Below are positions 33,854 to 43,371 of a stretch of DNA of 64,000 bases, one piece after another. The notes beneath the pieces are model-generated. The model did no database searches. It was not told the DNA's origin and saw only the letters and a program-made list of their open reading frames with translations. Positions within the stretch are counted from its first letter, which is position 1, and every line of letters begins with the position of its first letter. Both the position numbers and the translations under genes were made by a program. Source of the stretch: Armatimonadota bacterium (GTDB lineage Bacteria > Armatimonadota > HRBIN16); assembly GCA_963677485.1 (NCBI GenBank), contig OY781964.1, forward strand, positions 2,912,001-2,976,000. Direction: 5' to 3'.

Positions 33854-35185
33854 CTACACCTCAAACATCATGCTGACGCCTTCGCCGGGCTGCAGTTCAA
33901 GCGCGATGCTGCGGTTCTTGACCGCGATATCCCGCGCAGTGCTGTCGCCGACAGGATACATCCGCTTTACGATGGCGTGCTTGGCGGCATGGTATTCGCG
34001 CGGCAGTTTCCAGGTGCGCTTGTCGCCTTTCTTGCTGAAGGCCATGATGGCTATCTGGTGACCATCGGCGCTGTTCATCCACGGAGCGGGCACGAACATG
34101 GTCTGACCATCCACATACAGCACACCATCGCGTTTGATGGTCAGATGGCCGTCACTGTGCTGCACGCTGCTGATGGTGCCGTTTTTCCATAGCACATCAT
34201 ACTTTTCGGCCGTCTGTTCGTGCTTCGTCGGATACGAGTTGTTCAAAAACTGCCAGGGCAGCGTTTTGAGGAAGAACTCCTCTGCGAAGAATGGAATCAT
34301 GCCCACGCCGAGATCCCGGTCCACCGAATGCCCCCAGGCGGCTTCATACAGACAACCACCTTCTGGGCGGTTGGGCTGCGGGAAAGTGGGTGCTGGGCCA
34401 AATCCATACCGGGCGTTCCACATAGAGCCGCCGCCGCAGATGGTGGTGGGTGGGTAGATAAGACGGCCGCGCTCTTCCAGATTGAAGTGATACACCATCG
34501 GCACCAAACCTGCGAGCTCTGGCTGGAAGTCCTCACAGGTGACATCTACGCCCTTGGAATTCCAATATCGGCACCAGTCGGCCATGGCTTTATACTCATC
34601 TTCGCGGGTGATACCGTGCTTGGGGTTGGGCACCGGAAGGAAGGCGTCCAGGTGTATTGTGCCGGATTCGCGGATGGGCAGGTATTTCATCAACTGGTCG
34701 ATGCGCCGCTGGGTCAAGCCGGCCTGCCACTCGCGCGGCTTGCTGATGTAGTAGCACTGTTCGCCGTCCCAGATGCCGCCCTTCAGCAGGCTGCCGTCAC
34801 TGTTCTTCACGATCAGGTCTTTATCGACATACTCCTGCCAGAGCGGGCTGTTTTCGTAGGCATCGGACATGTTGATATGGAAGCTGATCACCGTGTTGTA
34901 TTGCTTCGCCTGCTGCATCAGCCAGAGGATGCTGGCGTGTGCATCGGGGTCCTCCGCGCGTTTGAGTTTTCGGTTCGCCTCGAAGAAGGCTGGGTATTTG
35001 GAGTCATGGCCTTCATACTGCCAGCCCACGAGGTAGACGATCTGCTTGATTCCGCCGGTGATCTGCCAGAGCTGCCGGATGCTGTCCAGCGTCTGATCGA
35101 GTGTCATGTGTACCCCGCCGGATTTGGATGCGAGGAACGCCTTGTTGGTCATGCACTTATGGTATTGGTGAACAGGTTGTGGCAT
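33854..35185 (-). CDS. Endo-alpha-N-acetylgalactosaminidase (GH101)-like glycoside hydrolase
   Basis: YLVGWQYEGHDSKYP, SFHINMSDAY, TIHLDAF; GGAG RBS before ATG 35185. Confidence 0.7.
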   Translation of the reverse strand: MPQPVHQYHKCMTNKAFLASKSGGVHMTLDQTLDSIRQLWQITGGIKQIVYLVGWQYEGHDSKYPAFFEANRKLKRAEDPDAHASILWLMQQAKQYNTVISFHINMSDAYENSPLWQEYVDKDLIVKNSDGSLLKGGIWDGEQCYYISKPREWQAGLTQRRIDQLMKYLPIRESGTIHLDAFLPVPNPKHGITREDEYKAMADWCRYWNSKGVDVTCEDFQPELAGLVPMVYHFNLEERGRLIYPPTTICGGGSMWNARYGFGPAPTFPQPNRPEGGCLYEAAWGHSVDRDLGVGMIPFFAEEFFLKTLPWQFLNNSYPTKHEQTAEKYDVLWKNGTISSVQHSDGHLTIKRDGVLYVDGQTMFVPAPWMNSADGHQIAIMAFSKKGDKRTWKLPREYHAAKHAIVKRMYPVGDSTARDIAVKNRSIALELQPGEGVSMMFEV

Positions 35186-35957
35186 CTTTCGGTCTCCTTG
35201 GGTTGAGTGTTGTTCTGAGCTTAGGTTCCGCGGGTGGGGTGGGTATTCCTGCGTATAGCCACGGAGGTTGGTGAGGTCATCCACAGATTACGCAGATTGC
35301 GCAGATGGCGGATTGATGGGGATCATTTCACGCGAAGAAGCGAAGACGCGAAGACGCGAAGGTGGGGACCGCGCTACATTCGTCCCTTCATCTAGCGGAG
35401 CTTGAAATAACAGTCGAAGAAAGGGGGCGTGACGGCCACCTCCCAGTGGGCTATGTCCGGGGCGGTCTATCGGTAAAACAGCGGATTCAGAAGGCTCAAG
35501 ACCGCGCCGGTCTGTTTCCCTGGCAGCTGTCGATTAGCACAAAGGGGATGTATATAAATCCACAGATTACGCGGATTACGCAGATGGCGCGTTTTTGGGT
35601 GCGGTCTAGCGGAGTGACAAAACCGTGGTTCAGGCAAGAAGCCGATGCAGCACGTCAACCCCGCGGCATGAATGCCACGGCTAATTGAACGAAAAGCCGG
35701 CTTGAAGCCGGCTAGGGAGGTACTTCCTTCCGGGCGTTTTTAGTGCAGGAGGCACGTCACCAAGGCAATCACCTTCTGGCCCAGGTTCGATGTCTCCACC
35801 TATTGGCCGGTCCCTAGAGATGGCCTCAAACGCCGTAAACGCAGCCTTGCTGCCGAACGCGGCCAATGACTGGTCTCGCGTGATCAAACAGCGGATGAAC
35901 GATGGCAAGTTAACTTATCAACTCATCACAACAGTCCTTGATGTGTGCCATTTGAAT

Positions 35958-35986
35958 TTGCATTAAGCTTTCCTTTACGTTATGCT
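35958..35986 (+). promoter_or_regulatory. Candidate sigma70 promoter of the island operon
   Basis: TTGCAT-17 nt-TATGCT upstream of ATG 36024. Confidence 0.45.
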
Positions 35987-36023
35987 ATATACTATTCATA
36001 TCCAAACCCTGCAGGTCAGTGAC

Positions 36024-37112
36024 ATGAGAAGAAAAATCATCGACATTTTGAAAGACACAATGGGTGGGCAAATTATACCGTGTAAGCCAATCAGTCTTGA
36101 TACTGATTGGAATATGGAAGTACAAGGCAGTAATGAGCGAGGTATTACCCAGGTATTTGAAGATAATGACAATATTAAGGCAAACCCTAAGAACCCTATT
36201 CAACTAGACCTCTCTAAATTATCAAGCTTCCAAAACACTTCATTTCGATATTTTCTAGATGGATCTAGAAAAACGTATCGTCTTGCTGATGTTAATTTCG
36301 AGGGGAATTACTATCCGCTTGTCGGTGGACAAATATGTGTTTCTGTAATAGAACGACTTGATGACGGCAGTTATAAACCTTGTCGCGACTATTGTTGCCG
36401 GAAGAAGCTGCTAGTCTTTCCGCATACCACAGACATCCATGACGTAAAGGTATGGCAAAAGAGCCTTTCTGACGAAAATGTGTCATTTACGGTTTTGCGA
36501 TGCACCAAACCTGTTGGTGATCAAAGACAGGATATCGTAGATAGTGCAATATCGAAAATCCATTCAGAAATGCATCAACTTGAGATCGATGCTGTATCGA
36601 ATATGACTAGAGATAATAAGTTATCTCAATTCAAGAAACTAGTGGTAGACGGTCCTTTGGAATTTACTAAAGGATTAGATAAGTTTCAGTTTCAGTTCGT
36701 TATCGGTCTTTCAAAGACATTTACAGCAAATAGCCGCATCGGACGGTCGGATGTTGGCAATATCACGGTAAATCTTGGTGAAGGTCATAGAACAGCCGTA
36801 TTCAAGGTTGATCACCCATCTGGTAAGATAGGATGCTGGTTCCTTAGAATACGTGACAAGAAGCATACTCAGATGCCACTACAGGGCGTAGTTAAAGTTG
36901 AGTGCTTTGCTGTGCAACCTGAAGATGAGGAAAATGGTATTAACTCAGGATATGTGGATACTATCTCCTACTCTTTACTACGAGAAAGAAACGTAACTCC
37001 ATATAAATCGGATGATAGATGGGCAAGTCATATATACCCCATCTATGTTGCAGAAAAATACGCAAAACTACTTTTTGAGAGCGACTTAGTGTTCCGTGCA
37101 GCATTTGCCTAG
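36024..37112 (+). CDS. NurA-like nuclease (RNase H-like fold)
   Basis: FRYFLDGSR, LVVDGPL, IGLSKT, CWFLRIR, C-terminal HIYPIYVAEKYAK; directly upstream of a HerA ATPase. Confidence 0.7.
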   Translation: MRRKIIDILKDTMGGQIIPCKPISLDTDWNMEVQGSNERGITQVFEDNDNIKANPKNPIQLDLSKLSSFQNTSFRYFLDGSRKTYRLADVNFEGNYYPLVGGQICVSVIERLDDGSYKPCRDYCCRKKLLVFPHTTDIHDVKVWQKSLSDENVSFTVLRCTKPVGDQRQDIVDSAISKIHSEMHQLEIDAVSNMTRDNKLSQFKKLVVDGPLEFTKGLDKFQFQFVIGLSKTFTANSRIGRSDVGNITVNLGEGHRTAVFKVDHPSGKIGCWFLRIRDKKHTQMPLQGVVKVECFAVQPEDEENGINSGYVDTISYSLLRERNVTPYKSDDRWASHIYPIYVAEKYAKLLFESDLVFRAAFA

Positions 37113-37115
37113 GAG

Positions 37116-38795
37116 ATGGATATGGAAACAATTGGAAAAATCAGTGCAACCGAACGCAATCCGACAACATGTAACGATATATCATTCTGGCTAAAACCAG
37201 GTGTGATGATCAGCCCTTTTGACATTGTTAAGGTACAGCATATGGGGAGAGCAGGTGGTACGAGTAATAGCTATGCCATCATTACGAGCCTGTCGCATAG
37301 TACAGACAGTCCCGCGCATCTTTCTAACTTCGTTTCTTCCGATTTTGGTGATGTGGATGTTATGCCCTTAAACCGACGGTTGGGAATAACCGTTGCTGAA
37401 GCCAATGTTCTATACAATGATGATGACGTTGAATTGCCAATAGAGGACGGACAACCTGTCGAGTGGGCTGACGAAGAGGGCATCCGCGAAGCATTAGGCT
37501 TGACACATATGGAACAGCCCATACCAGCCGGGTACATGTCATGTTCAGGCAGCGGAATTGATGTAAGGGTGGATGTTGATGGGCATTTCCTTCTAGGACC
37601 AGAAGGAGCCCATTTGAACATAAGTGGCATGTCCGGGCTGGCAACTAAGACATCGTATGCTATGTTTCTTTTACAATCGATCCAACAAACTACCGATGAT
37701 ACGGCCATTGTGTTGTTCAATGTGAAGGGGAGTGACCTTCTACACATTGACAAAACAAACGAAAATCTTACCGACTATGATGAGAAAAAGTGGAAGACAT
37801 GTGGGCTCAATCCATGTCCGTTTAAAAACGTAACTTACTATTTGCCATATGGCGATAACCCGAATTCTTATACACAGTCGAAAATGGATTCTAACCATTT
37901 ATCTGAGTGCGTTCAACAAAAAAGTGCTTTCAACTATATAGTTGACCCGACTAATGGACTGCAATCATTATCGATGTTATTTCACGACATAGAAGATCCT
38001 AATGCTACATTCGATAGTATCATTGCAGAATTACAGAATAATCAAAACGGGACCTTCAGTAGCTGGGACGATATATACAGCTATATAAATCAAAAGACTA
38101 GTAAAGGGTCAGGTAGTAGTGAAGCAGGTATACATATAGCTTCGTGGCGTCGGTTTCGGCGTTTAGTGACAACCCGAACATCCAACAGCATATTCACCAA
38201 TAAGCTCCAGAGTTATTCGGAGAAACGAAGGCAATTACCTATCGACGAAATAATCAATCATATACAACCGAATACTGTAACTGTGATAGATATAGAACCT
38301 CTGCCTGACTATTTACAGGCTGTAGTTGTCGGTACCATATTAAAGAAAATATACGATGCAAAAACGTGTAATACTGAGGATTATGCTGAAGATGAAACAC
38401 CTGCAAAGTTAGCTGGTGTGAAGAAAGTGGTTATCTTCGCTGACGAACTTAATAAATATGCACCGCAGCAAGGTGGTAATACGAAAACACTAACGCGAGT
38501 ACTACTTGATGTTGCTGAAAGAGGACGGTCTCTTGGGGTTGTGTTATTTGGTGCTGAACAATTCCGAAGCGGTGTTCACGAACGTGTGATTGGTAACTGT
38601 GGAACCCACGTATTTGGACGGACAAGCAGTGTAGAACTCAATAAATGCGCAGATTATAAGCATATGCCAGATGCATATAGGAATTCACTCTTACGGTTAA
38701 CTAAAGGTACATTGTTGCTACAACATGCGGTATTTAAGACGGGCGTAATTCGTATTCACTTCCCTAAACCTGCATATTATCAACCGAAAAACTAA
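37116..38795 (+). CDS. HerA-like ATPase/translocase (HAS barrel + FtsK-HerA domain)
   Basis: N-terminal HAS-barrel-like region, variant Walker A HLNISGMSGLATKTS, FNVKG, Walker B IFADELNKYAP, ERGRSLGVVLFGAEQ. Confidence 0.88.
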   Translation: MDMETIGKISATERNPTTCNDISFWLKPGVMISPFDIVKVQHMGRAGGTSNSYAIITSLSHSTDSPAHLSNFVSSDFGDVDVMPLNRRLGITVAEANVLYNDDDVELPIEDGQPVEWADEEGIREALGLTHMEQPIPAGYMSCSGSGIDVRVDVDGHFLLGPEGAHLNISGMSGLATKTSYAMFLLQSIQQTTDDTAIVLFNVKGSDLLHIDKTNENLTDYDEKKWKTCGLNPCPFKNVTYYLPYGDNPNSYTQSKMDSNHLSECVQQKSAFNYIVDPTNGLQSLSMLFHDIEDPNATFDSIIAELQNNQNGTFSSWDDIYSYINQKTSKGSGSSEAGIHIASWRRFRRLVTTRTSNSIFTNKLQSYSEKRRQLPIDEIINHIQPNTVTVIDIEPLPDYLQAVVVGTILKKIYDAKTCNTEDYAEDETPAKLAGVKKVVIFADELNKYAPQQGGNTKTLTRVLLDVAERGRSLGVVLFGAEQFRSGVHERVIGNCGTHVFGRTSSVELNKCADYKHMPDAYRNSLLRLTKGTLLLQHAVFKTGVIRIHFPKPAYYQPKN

Positions 38796-39278
38796 GGACA
38801 CGAAATTGGACAAACACCTCAATGTTGGAATCTATATCATTGAAATACTTACCCTGGGTATGTATCCTGATGAGCTAGCTGTAATCCGCGAGTACATACA
38901 AAATTCAACGGACTCGATAACTACTGCTATCGACCAAGGCATCCTTGGTGACAGCGAAGGCCGCGTAACTATCCATATGGATGATACGAAAAGATCAATA
39001 ACCATATCAGATAATGGTACGGGTATAAATCCAGAACTTGCCGTAGATATACTGACTTCTATAGGTGACTCAAATAAAGATGGGGAGAGCACTGCCGGAT
39101 TTAGAGGAATTGGACGGCTAGCGGGTATTGCCTATTGTGACCAGCTATCATTTAAGACCTCAAATCGTGGAAGCAATAAATATATCACGGTTCATTTTGA
39201 CTGTAAGACAATCCGGCATCTTATCAAGAACCATCGTATTACTAAGTCACACATTGATGATATGGTGAATTGTATTAG

Positions 39279-40930
39279 TATCTTACCAACCATATTTTGA
39301 ACACGGTGTATAGAATATTCTGATATTACGCACCACACAAAGCGTTAGGCACAACGATCTGGCGAATAGCAAGTGCTGCCATGATGATACGCTTGCCAAG
39401 TGCAGTGAGGTAGTATTTGTAGCGTTTACCGCATTTTTTAACGAGCCGGAATACTCGGCATCGCTTGATGAAGTATGATATCTGAGAGCTGGACATCTGC
39501 GGTAAGGCTTTTTGAAGCATACGGTTTGTGATCCCGCTGATGCATCCCTCTCCGCGAGCAAGTGCAATGAGACATTCCAAATCCTTCTTGAGGAAAAGGT
39601 TGAATCCTCGATACGAGCGATGATCACGGGTGGTCGAGGTCGCGATTTTGATGATCTGATGTTCACCATCGCTGTTGTCATCAAGGGCGGAAAGAAAGTC
39701 AAGATATCTGTTGTTTGCAGATAATAACAGTTCCCTCAATGGAGGAAGGCTGTAGATGGTCTTTTGCATAGGGGCGTATTTAATCTCAGTCGTCCCATCA
39801 TGATGTTCTACCTCACGGTAGTGTTTAAATTCAGAGACGTCATTCACAGTCGTCTCGATACGCAAGATTATCCCTTGCTTGTCATACATTTTGATAGAAG
39901 CCCATCCCATGTAGTGTTTGATGCGCGTGCCTTGTATGCGGCGATCGAACTTGTAGTCAGTGCCGATCTCAGCGAGTGTTCGCCCATCAAGTTTCTTACC
40001 AAGAAACATCGCGATAGACTCTGGCGTTACCGTATGTATCGCTGTTTTGACTAGATTATCGTAGATGGCTTTGAGGTCTTCGGCGCGTTTGAACACGATG
40101 TCTGTAGCATATTCCACCTGCATTAGCGACCAATGATATGAATTGTCAGCAAGCCGTATCACGGGGCAATACATTCTGGCAAATGCATCCAGCGCATGGT
40201 GCAGCTTATCAGCAGGAAAAGCGTCTGCCAGCCTCTGAGCACAGCTAAAGTCGTCGATTTTTACAAAGGCGTTGTCCAGTGGAGTGAAAACTACTCCCTC
40301 GGATTGAAGGCAATGCGCGAGATAATTGTGTCCATTACAATAGAATTGCAGACGGAAGGGCACCCAGGTCGGAACTCGTAGATAGCACAGTCCAAACTCT
40401 GCATCGATGAAATAGAAGTAGTAATGAAGACACTTGGTCTCCTTGATATTCAGCCGGGTTTTGTGGGTAATCTTGTCGTGCCACGGGGTGTATGCAGGAC
40501 ATTTTTCCAACACTGAGAATATGTGGACGAGACCGGGGTGACACCCTCGACTACTAATGATCTCTTTGATGCGGTCTTCTTTTCGAAATGAAGAGGCACG
40601 GCGTATATACTCAATTTCAATGCTGTTGGTAACGGCAAGGCGTTCCGCATTGGCTTTGATCTCATCTCGTAGAGGTTCGGCAAATTCCTTAGGAAAGTCA
40701 AATAGCCTGATGTTGCGTTGATGAAGATAGATGCCCATTCCGTCGCTATGACACCAGCCTGGGATTGTACCGGTGATAACTATGCGGTCGAAGCATGAAT
40801 ATACCCCAGCTATCTGCTTTGCATAGCGTTCTTGAAGTGATGTCATTCTGGGCAACCTCACGAAAGGGTGTTTGAATGTATATTACGTGGCGAATGCAAT
40901 CATTCCTTTTTTGGTTGCGGCTAAGCCGCC
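39279..40930 (-). mobile_element. 1652-bp insertion element flanked by TTAG direct repeats, without terminal inverted repeats
   Basis: TTAG at 39275-39278 and 40931-40934; splits the GHKL ORF; single ORF on the opposite strand; hairpin GCGGC-TAA-GCCGC at 40917-40929. Confidence 0.88.
39326..40861 (-). CDS. Putative transposase with Rep_trans-like nickase motifs and a C-terminal winged HTH
   Basis: Fills the element; QVEYATD...HYMGWASIKMYDK...LRIE; C-terminal GITNRMLQ...QISYFIKR...YKYYLTALGK wHTH; no DDE or HUH motif recognised. Confidence 0.7.
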   Translation of the reverse strand: MRLPRMTSLQERYAKQIAGVYSCFDRIVITGTIPGWCHSDGMGIYLHQRNIRLFDFPKEFAEPLRDEIKANAERLAVTNSIEIEYIRRASSFRKEDRIKEIISSRGCHPGLVHIFSVLEKCPAYTPWHDKITHKTRLNIKETKCLHYYFYFIDAEFGLCYLRVPTWVPFRLQFYCNGHNYLAHCLQSEGVVFTPLDNAFVKIDDFSCAQRLADAFPADKLHHALDAFARMYCPVIRLADNSYHWSLMQVEYATDIVFKRAEDLKAIYDNLVKTAIHTVTPESIAMFLGKKLDGRTLAEIGTDYKFDRRIQGTRIKHYMGWASIKMYDKQGIILRIETTVNDVSEFKHYREVEHHDGTTEIKYAPMQKTIYSLPPLRELLLSANNRYLDFLSALDDNSDGEHQIIKIATSTTRDHRSYRGFNLFLKKDLECLIALARGEGCISGITNRMLQKALPQMSSSQISYFIKRCRVFRLVKKCGKRYKYYLTALGKRIIMAALAIRQIVVPNALCGA

Positions 40931-41997
40931 TTAGGGTTGATGAAGGGAAAGAAGATTCTAATAACCACTATTTTGATGTGGTAATGACTGGTGTTGATAA
41001 TGAAGGCTTTTTCAATCTAGACAGCCTTATGAACTATATCGGAATTGTCGGTCCCGTACCTATGTCGGAGAAATTCGTATATTCCCAAAATTTGCATAGC
41101 GAGTTATTCAACGCATATCATATCAACGAATTCCAAATTGTTCTGAATGGAAATAGCTTTCAACGACAGATATATCGTGAATTCCGGACCGTATATGGGA
41201 TGAAAAGAGGTAAGGCACAAGGCTCCATATACGATATAGATGGTGTACTAGTAAACGTGGTAAGCATTGGTGACCATAGTAAGGTGGCCTATTGGCTTAG
41301 CGAATCCGATTTACGTGGTCAAATTTGTGATCAATATGCCGGACTACGCCTTAGGCACCACAATATCGCCATAGGTGATGTTGACACTTTAGAGACATTA
41401 TGGAAACAAATAATGTTAACTAATCCTTCCGATTCTAGATTTCTCAAGTACTTCATTGGTGATATACACATCATTAGCAATAACGTTGTTCCAAATGCTA
41501 GAAGAGATATGTTTGAAGATAATCAATGTTGGCGGGAGATAGTCGAAATAGCGATTAAACCGCTATTTGAGGACATAACTCGAAAAGTCAGGACTGCATC
41601 AAAAGAGCATGAAGACCCTGAAAAAAAAATAGAGAAGGAAGTGCGTGCGTTAATTGGGCAGGGAAGCGGGTTTTCGTCGCATAGTGCGGTGTTACCTGAC
41701 GACAAGAGGGATTATCTTAAACAAGTTGAGAAAGCAAAAGCAAAAGCAAAAGCTGTTCAAGATGAGAGAGAATTTCCAAACCCACGTATACAGATTGTGG
41801 TTGATGACCTAGACAAAGTTGCATCAACTGTTGCTGAAATAAAGGATCCCTACATCGGGCTAGATCGTAAGCTTCGTAAGGTTGTAGACAGAATTCTTAA
41901 GGCCCTGGGTGGTGTTTTGGATAGTGATAATTACGAACTGGCAAAAGGTGTTATACTTGACGAGTTGACGAACCCTAATGCAAAGGTTGATTTATAA

Positions 41998-43371
41998 TTG
42001 CCGAATATCCTCCTAGTCGAACCTAGTTATAAAACTAAGTTCCCGCCGATCGGTTTACTTCGATTATCTTCATATCATAAAGACAATGGAGATTGTGTTA
42101 GTTTTACTAGAGGCTGCTTACCAGCATATAGAGACCTGTATTGGGACCGTATTTACGTTTCCTCCTTGTTTACATATGAACTGCCGAGAACTGTAAAGAC
42201 AGTACAGTATTACCAACATGCAGTATCCAATCCCGATACCGACATAGTAGTTGGTGGCATCGCGGCAACTCTCATGCCTGACTACATTAAAGACCGGTGT
42301 AGGTGCCGCGTAGTAGTCGGCCCACTCAATCGTCAAGGTCTGATCGACCAACACATTCCCGACATATCGAACTACCGAATAGATTATAGAATCGCAGACG
42401 ATAAACAGTGGAATTATCGTCCTAACGACTGCTATTATTTACGTGCTACCACAGGTTGCATCAGGAAATGCTCGTTCTGTGCTGTCCCTGTAATCGAACC
42501 ATACTTTGGTTTATCCCGTCCGATCAAAGACCAGATTGACGAAGTAAATAACGAATTTGGTAATAAGAAGGATGCGGTATTCATGGACAACAATATACTG
42601 GCAGTCAATGAATTGCCAGATATCATAAGTCAGCTAGTCGACGCCGGATTTAGTACGAAAGCGACATATAATGGTTCACTACGGTCAGTAGACTTCAACC
42701 AAGGATTAGACGCCCGTCTTGTTACCCCACGCATAGCATCATTACTAGGCAAAATATGCTTGAGACCAGCCCGTTTTGCGTATGATAACGAATCTGTGAC
42801 AGATAAATATATCGATGCTATCAGCATGTGTGTAGACCAAGGTATAACCAACTATACGAACTATGTTATGTTCAACTTTCAGGATGATATATATTCCCTA
42901 TACAGACGGCTTGAGCGAAACATCATACTTTCTGCATCAAAAGGTATACGGGTTACCGGGTTTCCAATGAAATATGCTCCCATATATGATGTTGAACGGC
43001 ACTATATAGATGCGAAATGGCATTGGAAATATATCAGAGGTATTCAATGTATTCTAAACGCCACACATGGGATGGTTTCGCCCAATCCATCATTCTTCTA
43101 TCGGGCCTTTGGAAATACAGAAAATGCATTTGAAGAGATCGTATGCATGCCAGAAGGTTACATCATGAGCCGCGTGAAACGTACTGATGACGGTGCCATA
43201 GATGATTGGTTACAGTGTTTCCGCAAGCTATCGCGTGATGACAAAAATTTATATCTACATGCTTTGTCTGAGCTGCATGATGTTAAGGGTGATAGAAGCG
43301 TAATGCTGGATTACCCCCAGTTTGGTGAGCTATGGGTTCATTATGGAACGGATACAAACGTCACAATATAG
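41998..43371 (+). CDS. Radical SAM protein with an N-terminal B12-binding-like domain
   Basis: ILLVEP...PPIGL, VVGGIAATL, CIRKCSFC (CxxxCxxC), MDNNIL, DFNQGLDARL; TTG start abuts the upstream stop. Confidence 0.88.
   Translation: MPNILLVEPSYKTKFPPIGLLRLSSYHKDNGDCVSFTRGCLPAYRDLYWDRIYVSSLFTYELPRTVKTVQYYQHAVSNPDTDIVVGGIAATLMPDYIKDRCRCRVVVGPLNRQGLIDQHIPDISNYRIDYRIADDKQWNYRPNDCYYLRATTGCIRKCSFCAVPVIEPYFGLSRPIKDQIDEVNNEFGNKKDAVFMDNNILAVNELPDIISQLVDAGFSTKATYNGSLRSVDFNQGLDARLVTPRIASLLGKICLRPARFAYDNESVTDKYIDAISMCVDQGITNYTNYVMFNFQDDIYSLYRRLERNIILSASKGIRVTGFPMKYAPIYDVERHYIDAKWHWKYIRGIQCILNATHGMVSPNPSFFYRAFGNTENAFEEIVCMPEGYIMSRVKRTDDGAIDDWLQCFRKLSRDDKNLYLHALSELHDVKGDRSVMLDYPQFGELWVHYGTDTNVTI

Larger units (their letters stand above)
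38806..41997 (+). pseudogene. GHKL (Hsp90/MutL/MORC-like) ATPase gene interrupted by an insertion; segments 38806-39278 and 40935-41997
   Basis: 5' part: REYIQNSTD, ISDNGTGI, GFRGIGRLAG. 3' part: GLRLRHHNIAIGD, YFIGDIHI, PNARRD. Joining at the shared TTAG gives in-frame ...NCIRVDEGKED..., 511 aa. Confidence 0.85.

Noticed and set aside
35681-35908. 75-aa ORF at the island border as an integrase remnant
   Set aside because: No recognisable motif; it overlaps REP-like palindromes
39326-40861. MarR-family regulator or a native fifth gene of the operon
   Set aside because: It is on the opposite strand, lies inside a TTAG-flanked insertion that splits another gene, and the wHTH is only the C-terminal part
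40876-41997. Independent 373-aa gene
   Set aside because: Its first ~19 codons lie within the inserted element; the rest is the in-frame continuation of 38806-39278
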